A stretch of DNA of 64,000 nt, taken from Octopus bimaculoides (taxonomy: Eukaryota). Every line of letters starts with the position of its first letter. The stretch's first letter is position 1. The notes beneath the pieces are model-generated. The model was given only the letters and a program-made list of their open reading frames with translations. It was not told the DNA's origin and did no database searches. This document shows, in pieces, positions 54,582 through 64,000 of this stretch. A program made the translations under genes and the position numbers. The DNA lies in the NCBI RefSeq assembly GCF_001194135.2, contig NC_068986.1, positions 810,470-874,469 on the forward strand, written 5' to 3'.

Positions 54582-55613
54582 CAGCACGGATTAAAGTTTT
54601 CAGAGGACACCAAAGAACCTATCATAGAGAAACATTACAGGGTTGTTGGCTACTTTTTTTTTTTTAATATATAAACCAAAAACACGGAAAATAAATAATA
54701 TAACCACAGCTAAAAAAACAAAAAGAAAAGAAAGAAATCAAGAGCGATTACATATGAAAAATAACGGTCCGGACCAATGAAGAGAGATTATGTTGGGATA
54801 GAAAAGTGTTGGAAATTATTGAGGCAGAAAGAAATAGTATGCTTAATGGTAAATATCTACGCCACACACACATAAACAAACCATACACTAAATCACACAC
54901 ATATATCTATCTATCTCTATATTATATATTATATTAGTACTTTAAAAAGGCGATGTTATGATGTAATTCTAACCCAATAGCAGTTGGAGAGGAAGTCGTG
55001 ATAGTGGAGCATACACCATACTCTGAAATCTATTGATAGCTGTCGGGCTTTTTTTTTTTTTTCTCTTCTCTTTCGTTAAATCAACCTGTAATTCTAAATA
55101 TATTAAGCAAACAATTATTTCAAAGCATTATTAATAATGTAAATTTCCTCCGATTGCGATTATCTCAACCGAAAAACTGTTAATGAATGTCTATAAAACC
55201 ATTTAAGTTGTGCAAGAATCCCATTTTTGTCTTGATGTATATAAACTCGACATTATTTACCACCCAAACCTGCCTCACACTTCCCTGAACATTTTCAAAT
55301 AGAAAAGACATTTATTTTAGGACTACTTACTTTGTTTTTAAAAAGGGGGAGAAACAAAGACTAGTTGGAGAGAGAAAAAAACTTGTTCCGTATCGTGTCG
55401 AATAATTAAGGCTTCTTTCAATCCGGTCCAACGTATGTATATCGGTTTGTGTATACATAGAAGTGAGTGTATATGTGTGTGTGTGTGTGTTAGAGTGTGC
55501 AAAAGCGTAAATATTGAGATGGAAAGACAAAAATAAAACGGGGGTGGCAGAGATTAAGAGTCTACAAAGTGAATGTGTCGTTTATCTTCTTTCACGGTTT
55601 ATCATGGAGAGAG

Positions 55614-55647
<34 letters not shown>

Positions 55648-55741
55648 AAGGTACTCGTTAGATTCAAAGAGAAACACTCTACATACTATATATATTAAAG
55701 TTGCAAGTTATCGGTATGTATATCGAATATAAACGACATAC

Positions 55742-56200
55742 ATTGGGGGGTATTTTGTGTGTTTTTATCCTTTCGATCTGTAAATTTTGTTTGACTTTGT
55801 TGTCGTTTTTCGAATCTGGAGTCGAAGGGGAAAAAATGATGGATTGTCGGACGGAGTGGCTGGCGGCGTTTGAACGATGTTTGTTGTATGTTTATATCCA
55901 CAAAAGAAGGAAGAAGATCTCTTCCGAGATATAAATGTCGTTTCAGTAGTTTTTGTCGACGTCAAAAAATCTTAGAAGGGCGGTGCAGCAGTGCTAGGTG
56001 AGGGTAAACTTTCGGAGGTGACGGCTGTAGTAAGAGTAATATCTTCCATAACCGTCTCAACATGGCGGTACTGGTGGTGCTGACGACAGGGATCGGCACT
56101 GCGCACGCTCGAACTGTGGTGAGCGACAGAGAGAGGGGGAAGAAGACACGGTGAGGAGTAGTGTCGGAGCAAGGGAAAGATTAGGACGAGACACAGAAAG
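55742..56200 (-). other. PPM1A/B: Probable first (5'UTR) exon of PPM1A/B; upper boundary/TSS uncertain
   Basis: Donor AAT|GTATGT at 55741, followed by a long U-tract on the sense strand (~55613-55645). CpG-dense. No minus-strand ATG between 55960 and 55744. It is the only promoter-like region upstream of the coding exon. Inferred, no transcript evidence. Confidence 0.55.
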
Positions 56201-56500
56201 GGGGAGAGAGAGAGAGAGAGAGAAACGAACGCAGGAATCTATGGAGGGAGAGAGGGAGAGGAAAAATTAGGATAAATACGCATAAAGAAGTACGTAGGGT
56301 TTTGAAGTGAGTGACAGAAGTAAAGATGATCGTAGAAATACATAGTTTCAATTTTGAATCTAGAATATATCTAAATTTAAGAGAAATAAAGAAGAAATGA
56401 GAAAGCAAAACAAAATGTATCATTCCAAAATAGACAGTGCCGTCGCCCCCCCTCCCCTCCGTCTATAAGCAGAGTGATGTCATCGTTGACCAATCAAATG
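56055..56500 (-). promoter_or_regulatory. Candidate housekeeping-type core promoter
   Basis: YY1-type motif CCGCCATGTT (plus-strand AACATGGCGG, 56059-56068); TGCGCA near 56100; (GA)n tract ~56205-56223; GC-box-like run 56441-56460; CRE-like TGATGTCA 56475-56482; NF-Y-type GACCAATCA 56488-56496. These motifs cluster in the densest CpG stretch of the window. Confidence 0.55.
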
Positions 56501-57899
56501 TTTCTAATGTAAGACTCTTGTTTCTCTTTGGTAAATACAAAATACACACGTTACGGTTAAAATGCGGATGGAGATTACGTTTTTAGACCAAAAAAAAAAT
56601 TGAATTTACTATTAAAATATTTTACATCGAAAACATTTACACTTTATATGAATGGGTAGATGAAAACTTTTTTTTTTTCGCTTTTCTATACGTTTTGTAA
56701 ATATATCGTAATTATTATGCAAAATAGAGGCGAGGGGGGGAACTATTTCTTTAAAGGTGTGACAATAATTTAAAACCAATGACACTTTTATTACTAAAAC
56801 ATTGGAATTTTAGCCTCAGTCCACTGATGGCTTCTGCTTAATAATAGTCTTATATCATCATCATCTATCTGCCATTATTTTAAGTGTCACTTCAGATGGG
56901 ACTCTTTGCCTTTCATTATTACTAATTAATAATTCTGTTTCGTCATATCTCCTATTTACGACCATACTCCCACATCAATGATTCTATGTCATATTTCAAA
57001 ACTTTACGATCTAACGCTCATCTCCCATGTTCTCGTATAATTTCCGTCATGGGAAAAATCCAACATTTTCTGAAAAAGTGCCAATAAATTTACATTAGTG
57101 ATTCATATACAAAATATCTATTTTGACTTACTGAAGTAAAGATTTCAGCTTGTTTTGAACGTGTCATTGCGATTTTTGTAATGTTAAAGATTCATCTTTC
57201 GTCGCTTCAGTGTAATATATCTCGAAACAAACTATTTTTTTAAAATTTTATTTATCTCTACATCATTTATAAAATATTCACTGTCACATCGAATCTATCT
57301 TAGCTTCAGGTGACTGCTGCTGTGTAAACAGAAACGATGTCATCTGGCCTCAAATTTATGTCAGAATGCAACATACGATCTGTTCGAGATGTTATCTCTA
57401 CAACAACGCAACGTTTACCTTAGAAGAATCTCTCATATTCTGATTATATTCTAATGGAGTTAGATAAATAAAATAATTGTGAAAAACGACATGCTTCTCT
57501 TATCATCATCACCATCACTATACACGCTTTAATGTTTACCTTTTTTCCGTTGATTAATTTGTATTGATTCTGTACAAGAGTCTTTTTTTTTTTTGGTTAT
57601 ACAAACTTTATCTATTTTTTTCTATTTCACAAATGTATTTATCATTCAATTCTAATAACTTGATTTAGTGTCTTTACTGTATCAGATAATTCTTCTATAA
57701 TATAGAGTTTTGGGAATGAGCCATTTTCCTCAAAACTCCACATCGAGTCTTGCGTTTCCTTTTTGCAATCCGTGCTTTAATGAATCTTATATTCACAGCT
57801 ATTTCTTCGATTCTCGAACTTCCACGATTCTGCCTTGACAAAACCTAAAATATATTTCACATCGGTACACAGCATCGCGCATTGACAGAATTCTTCAAA

Positions 57900-58088
57900 C
57901 TTAACTGTCTCTACATGGTCGCTCGACCTGTTTGACAGAGCAGCCAACTTTCCCTCAAATTACACCCTATCTCCTAGGGGAGAAAACGCGTTAGATACTC
58001 CAGTCCCAAGTCCTAGATTCTCCAGACTGGAATGACTTTGATCATAAATCTACTCGGTCAAAGCTGACCTAGGGCTAAACACCAACAA
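57900..58088 (+). mobile_element. Short interspersed repeat (…ccctcaaattacaccct…gctgacctagggctaaacaccaac)
   Basis: Homologous segments at ~12960-13130, ~13160-13370, ~40240-40370 and ~52520-52680. Confidence 0.65.
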
Positions 58089-58856
58089 TCTGCAGGTATT
58101 AACTTTCCGACTACACGAAACGTCCTGATGTGACAAAATTCAACGACGACAAGGTTATTGCCTAAAGTGACGAAAAAAGTTTGATTAATGTTTCCTTGTT
58201 TAAGTTTTTCTTCCTTTCTTATGTATTCATTCTCCGCATATTTGAGCAGGTTGACTAGGTCTTCAAATATAAGCTTTAGAAGGGCACATTTTGTCGCTGG
58301 ATGCTTTTTAATATCGAATAGTACGAAACTGACAGCTAGTTTCAAAGTAGATCTATTTCTAAAGTCAATGGGTTGCTCAAAGATCAAAGATCTCCATGGC
58401 AGTGGTTGTAAATAGAATTTTAAACCTTCAACACACAATTTTATTATTATTACTTTTTTCCCTGAGTATAAATTAGAAAGCTTTGTTGTGCTATAAAAAT
58501 CCATCATCTTACTACATATATGCAATAAAACTATATACCATATTCTTCTTTATGTTGATGCATATTGAGCATTTTAAAATTAATTTTATAATTATAGATT
58601 TAAAGAAAAATTTAACTGTTGGAGAAAATAAAATCAAACTTATTTAGGTTCTATGTCAAATTAATTTCTTTTTACTATTCTTTTACTAATTAATTTCTTT
58701 TTACTCTAATTGTTCATGTGGTAAGCTGAAAGGGATTGATTCTCAGCATTACCGTTTGTATTAATAATTCTATTGATCCTGGAGAGATGAAGAATGAGTT
58801 GACTGACAGGGTTTGAACTTGGAATAATATGATGCAAAAACCTAGGTAGATATTGG

Positions 58857-59040
58857 TTTCGAATTTTAGCACAAGGCCAGCAATTTCAGGCAGAGGAGTA
58901 AGTTGATTACCCGACTGGCACATATTTTATCAACCCTGAAAGAATGAAATGCAAAGTTGACCCCAATGGAATTTGAACTCAGAATGTAAAAGACAGGTGA
59001 AATATCACTAAGCTATGCTAACAATTCTGCCTGCTTGCTG
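58857..59040 (-). mobile_element. SINE (ggcagaattgttagc...ttctgagttcaaattcc family)
   Basis: Similar to 10095-10287. Confidence 0.7.
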
Positions 59041-60479
59041 CTTTAAAAACTTGATGGATATTAAAATTGTAAATTCTAGTTTTTCTCTTTAAAAAAGCCA
59101 CTGTCCAAAACAAAACTCATACCCCTCCATGGCATACTAACTTATTTCAATTTGATGATTTTTTTTTAAACTGATTTTTAGCTAAGGCAGGCTATCATTA
59201 GTTTTCTTGGAATCTGGTTTTTATTAGATTTTAAAGCATTTAATTCCCTTAGTAAATGATGCGATTTGACATGCAAAAAATGAATTTAAATCCATTTTTT
59301 TCATTATTGTAATTGCCACACACTTGCATTCAAAATATCTAACATGATAGCATATCAAATATTTTTGTTTTTTAAATTCAAAGAATATTATATACTTGTG
59401 AGTAGATAAAATTATGAGAATGAACAACTGAAGTTTATTATAAAAACATTGCTTTAATTCGATAATATGCAGAGAAACTATATTCAATAAAATTTGGTTT
59501 TAAGACTTGAATAATTTTGTAAGAGCAACTGTTTTTATTACAGAAGTTATATATATGTTTTTTCTTCTTTTATAATAACTATATAGAAAGATGCTTATTT
59601 TGAACTCGAGATATTTAATATGCTTACATTTGACTTACCAACTAAAAAGAAAGAATCTTGATAAAAACTGCACCACCTATATCTTTGAGTGGAAGATGAC
59701 TTTTTAGGATAACCTTTTAGGTAGATGAGTTACTGCCTGAAAAAATCAATAACATTTTTATTGCCTGATGCAAAAGGGCAAGATCATAAATTTAATGGAG
59801 AGAGAGGCAGAACATAGGATCAGATGAGCTGAAATATTAACTAATTTTAGTCCAGCAAGAGTTTATTTTGGAAAGATAAAAAATATAATGATAACATAAC
59901 AAGAATAAGTCTTGAGAATTTGTCAAACAGGAACTGTACATCCATGTTAACCAAATACTAACTCAAACTTAGTATTTAACACTACTAATCCTAGACAGTG
60001 AATTGGTAGAGTTGTTGGAGGGTGAGAATGCTTTATAGTATTTGTTCTGACACCTGGTGCTCTGAGTTCAAATCCTTTCAAGGTACAACTTTACCTTTCA
60101 TCCTTTCAGAGTCAATTAAAGATATACGAGTCTCAAGCTGAGGATTGAACCCAATTGAAAGAATGCCAATCTGGATACCCTCTGGCATATCTTCTAGCTC
60201 TTTGATTTCTCAGTTCGTATTCCCCTGTGACCTTCTAAGGTGGTAGACTTAATCCATCACTAAATTGAACACCATCTGGCACTTTGGGTAGCTTTAACAG
60301 AGTCCAGTCCTTCACAAGCATTCAGGTCAGGCCTCTGGTCTAAGGGAACCTTCCACACACCCCACACCCCCACACACACCAGTTTTGGAGGCCCTATGAC
60401 GCATCATGGGCACTGCCTTTCCTCCTGACTAAAAAAAAGATAAAATAAATAAAGATAGATAGAAACTGAGAGAAGCCTA

Positions 60480-61050
60480 TTGTGTGATGTCAGTGTGCAT
60501 GTGTGAAAGAGCATTGGTGTATTGGGAGAGAAGTTGGGCATGAGAGGAATTATAATGCAGTGTGCAAGAGAGGAGGCTGCGCTGGTTTGGTCATGTGATG
60601 CAGATGGATGAAGGCAGTTGCATAAAGAAATGTTGATCGCTTTAAAGTAAGGAGAAGTTCTGGAAGAGGGACACCCAGGAGGACGTGGGAAGGAGTACTG
60701 ATGGCTGATCTCAAAATGCTGAATCTTACAAAGGAGATGACAGAGGACCAAGATTTGTTGCACATTGCTGTACTTGAGAAGACCCACCCACCAAAACAGA
60801 ATTGAGATCCTAAAACCAAAGTGCCATGTAAAAGGCATTGGTGTGAGTGCTGGTGTCACATAAAAAGCACTGGTGCTGGTGCTACATAAAAAGCACCCAG
60901 AACCAGTGCTTTTGTGGAGTGTTTGGCATTAGGAAGGGTATCCAGTTGTAGAAACAGACTATGGAACTATGGTGCAGCTGCTGACCTTACCAGTTCCTGT
61001 CAAGCCGTCCAACCCATGCCAGCATGGAAAATGGATGTTAAATGATGATA
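60480..61050 (+). mobile_element. RTE LINE 3' end: ORF2 C-terminus plus 3'UTR and (GAT)n tail
   Basis: VQERRLRWFGHVMQMDEGSCIKKC (~60560-60633), then GTPRRTWEGVLMADLKMLNL. Tandem gtgctggtg-nn-acataaaaagcac units at 60847-60896. Tail ggcattaggaagggtatccag...gcatggaaaatggatgttaaatgatgat. Confidence 0.85.
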
Positions 61051-62038
61051 TGTGTGTCTTTGTATTTGTGTTTGATTCCCCACCACCTTTTGGCAACCAG
61101 AGTTGGTTTGTTTACATCCCTGTAACTCAGCAATTCAGCAAAAGAGTCAGAATAAGTACTGAGCTTTAAAAAAATGATATTGGGGGGATCGATTCATTCA
61201 ACTACAACCCTTCGTGGCAGTACCCCCAGCATGGTCGCAGTCTAATGACTGAAACAAGTAAAGGATAAAAAAATGATAAAAGATCAGCTTAAATAATTAA
61301 GTAATTATTTTGATAAATTTTTCATTATTTTCAAAATTAATTGAAACAAAGGCAGTGCATTTCAGCAGAAATATGGAAACAAAAACGGTTAATAACATTC
61401 CAATTTAGATGAGATGTCAGGTTGTCTCCCCTGTTTTTTTAATCAGAGTTAGTCATTTAGAAAGTTACTATTCTCATCACTACGGATATAATTTTAATTT
61501 ATTAAAATGGCTTTGTTTGCAACACCAAATATATGACCACGTTTTTTACTATAAAGTTTTCATGCAGGAGGCATCTCTCTCTTGTCCTGCAATAATTCAC
61601 AAGGAGTGTTAGACATTAAACCCTGTCTCACAGACTAAAGGAGCCTGAACAGTCATTGGATACTAACTTTCCTCAGACTAACCAATGAGAAATTCTCAGA
61701 GACACTAGACTGCTATAATGATATACAGTATTATTGAAGTGCCTTTTCCCATTAGACCTATTCAGTATTGAAGATGGAGCAGGGCAAGTACAACCATTTG
61801 TTTTACATCCCTTCATCAATGCTGACAGGAGCTGAAAAAGATTATTTGAGGTAATATTTTACAACTGGATGTCTCTCTTGTTGCCAAGCTTACCTCTGTG
61901 TGTGTTTGAATAAGAAATTTCTTATCCTGCTAGTCTGCAAATGTGTAGAACTATGAGTGTATAGTTTACAAGAAATGCAAATATGACATAACTGTTTTGT
62001 TTAGTTGATTCAGAATTTCAATAATTACACATATATAC

Positions 62039-62084
<46 letters not shown>

Positions 62085-62107
62085 TACACACACACACACA
62101 CACACAC

Positions 62108-62150
62108 NNNNNNNNNNNNNNNNNNNNNNNNNNNNNNNNNNNNNNNNNNN
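62108..62150. other. Assembly gap (43 N) inside a (TA)n/(CA)n microsatellite
   Basis: N run flanked by (TA)n(CA)n and (TA)n, ~62043-62190. Confidence 0.99.
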
Positions 62151-62191
<41 letters not shown>

Positions 62192-62197
62192 CATACA

Positions 62198-62414
62198 CGA
62201 AGGGTTGCTGAAAAGTTCCTGACTTTGGGTGAAAGAAAAAACAGGACTACCAGTTACATATGATTCTATTTAACATACTCCCCTCTCAGATTCACAAACT
62301 TAATGCAACGGTCCTTCAGTTTTTCGAAGCCCTGGAGAAGAACTTGGAAGGCTAGGCCTCCAACCAGGCCTTTCACGATACCCTTAAAGCCAGGAACTTC
62401 TCAGCACCCCTTTG
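62198..62414. mobile_element. Mariner-type MITE, 217 bp
   Basis: Left TIR cgaagggttgctgaaaagttcctgacttt; right end reverse complement caaaggggtgctgagaagttcctggcttt; TA at 62415-62416; inserted in a TA/CA-rich tract. Confidence 0.8.
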
Positions 62415-63090
62415 TATATACTTTGAAGATTTTTTGTTATGGCTGGTCAGCTTAATAGATGCAAAACCAACGGTCACTCTCTGAGTCACTCAAACGACCT
62501 TCTAAGAGTAAGCTTCATTTCTGATTTATGAAGTACTGCATGTGTGTGTGTGTGTGTGTGTGCTCCAGGTATGACTTTAAACTGCATCCAGTAGTGGAGC
62601 CCTGGTTCATGAATTCTTGGGTTTTGAGGAATGTGGAACCACCTCTTGGCCTCTATTGTTCCTAGGTTTACTCTGACCTGGAGTAGTAACATCTGTCAGG
62701 AGTAGTAACATCTGTCAGCTCTTAGTTATTTAGCTTGTCTCTGGAAGAAGATCATGCACTGACACCTGCAATGGACTCTGGGTAGATGAGGTCTTTGAAC
62801 TCTTTAGCTGCTCATCTAAGAGAAGGTAACTGCATACAGATTCTGACTTCTGATAACTACTGGGTTCACAGCACTTGTTACACCAGACCAATACAAGTTT
62901 GAAGGATGATAAAGTGGGACTGGTTCTCCACAAACCATGTTCAAGATTGTTCATCAGACCAAGACACCAGTCCCCTTATCATCACACTTATCTTATAAGT
63001 CCATTGGTGACAGGGAAAGAAGCAATGAGAACAAGTAGGGGATGCTACCGGAAGTCTCTTCTCTGACCGCATACACACAGCCCAATCTTT

Positions 63091-63905
63091 CATTTCATGA
63101 AAATATTTGAAAGTGTGATAAGATCAAGAATAACTGACTTCCTGGAGAGTTACAATCTCCTAAATTCCAATCAGCATCGCTTCCATTACAACAGTGACTA
63201 AAGCAGCTTCTACATCACTTTAATGAGATCCTGAAAGTTCTGAAAGCGAGCATAACTGATGTTAAGTAATTTATCTGCAGCAAACCTGTGACAATGTCAA
63301 CCACAACATCTTCCAGTTCAATCTGTCCAACACTGGAATCTGTGGAAAACTGCTGCAATAGTTCAAGTATTTCCTGCTGAACAAGCCCAACATGTTTTGA
63401 TCGATGGAATCCACTGAAGCTCAACAAAAGTCACGAGTGGGACTCCCCCAAGGGACTGTGCTGCACTCCCTTTCCATGATGTCTATGAATAAATCTCATG
63501 TGTCATCAAACAGCAAAATGAAAAAATTTTGCACGTGATTCCAAGCTTCTAAAAAAATTAAAAAATATCAACAGAGAAAAATAGCAATGGATAAACAGAA
63601 ACAACATGCTGCTGAATGAGAGACAATTTCAAGTCATGCTCTTTGGAAAAGAGAATGTGCCCTTCAGAACCATTCATATGATATCTGACAATATCAGAGA
63701 CTAAGGAGAACTTAAGATTAATTCTTGACAATAACCTCAGCTGGAACACTCATACCAACAATAAAGTCAATGTAACTCACAAGATGAGATCCTGGATGCT
63801 CAAAACTTTTCAGTTCAGGGACCCAGATGTCATCATCCCAGTTTTCCCCTTCTTTATATAGTCCACCTATAATACTGTTGTCCCCTGTCTTCCCACACCA
63901 AACAC
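63091..63905 (+). mobile_element. CR1-clade reverse transcriptase pseudogene fragment
   Basis: HFMKIFESVIRSRITDFLESYNLLNSNQHRF (63091-63183); GTP-QGTVL (frameshifted, ~63439-63463); ILDNNLSWNTH...SWMLKTFQFRDPD (63721-63828). Stops and frameshifts. Confidence 0.85.
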
Positions 63906-63939
63906 AAAATTCCGAGAATTGTGACACCCCAGAGTCAAG

Positions 63940-63941
<2 letters not shown>

Positions 63942-64000
<59 letters not shown>
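63942..64000. repeat. (TA)n microsatellite running to the window end
   Basis: Direct reading. Confidence 0.97.

Larger units (their letters stand above)
52300..58350. other. CpG-retaining (island-like) domain around the inferred TSS
   Basis: By eye, CG dinucleotides are several-fold more frequent here (e.g. 52620-53160, 55740-56460, 56900-58340) than in flanking DNA, where they are rare outside young repeats. Confidence 0.7.

Noticed and set aside
55962-55964. Selenocysteine recoding of the uORF UGA
   Set aside because: The 3'UTR is outside the window, so no SECIS can be assessed, and PPM1A/B is not a known selenoprotein family.
60847-60896. CRISPR-like or other array (also the 19-nt duplication at 62681-62718 and the 15-nt repeat at ~51742/51769)
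   Set aside because: Only two units each, no unique spacers, eukaryotic repeat context, no cas genes.
2379-63927. The many 60-110-aa ORFs in the track
   Set aside because: No recognisable domains apart from the TE remnants listed; many start at TTG/GTG/CTG or translate microsatellites; consistent with chance.

Overview
AT-rich eukaryotic genomic DNA, most likely a coleoid cephalopod (Octopus-like). That assignment is inferred from the SINE/RTE repeat content and was not database-checked. The window holds the 5' part of one protein-coding gene on the minus strand, a PP2C-family phosphatase of the PPM1A/PPM1B type. It has a probable non-coding first exon (donor at 55741) inside a CpG-retaining promoter domain (~52.3-58.35 kb), a large first coding exon (34902-35758, ATG at 35753) and a 118-nt exon (439-556). 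The remaining exons lie left of the window. The two introns (~20 kb and 34.3 kb) and the upstream region are filled with tRNA-headed SINEs, decayed RTE/CR1/Vingi-like LINEs, a dead mariner, MITEs and microsatellites. There is one 43-N gap. I found no demonstrable new biological system. The best leads are: (1) a strong-context uORF in frame with PPM1 and separated from it by a single UGA; (2) a weak exon-3 donor with an in-frame stop and AATAAA just behind it, suggesting a truncated isoform; (3) a young near-perfect hairpin element with a perfect 17-bp flanking duplication. Repeat boundaries are approximate (tens of bp), and composition statements are by eye, not computed.
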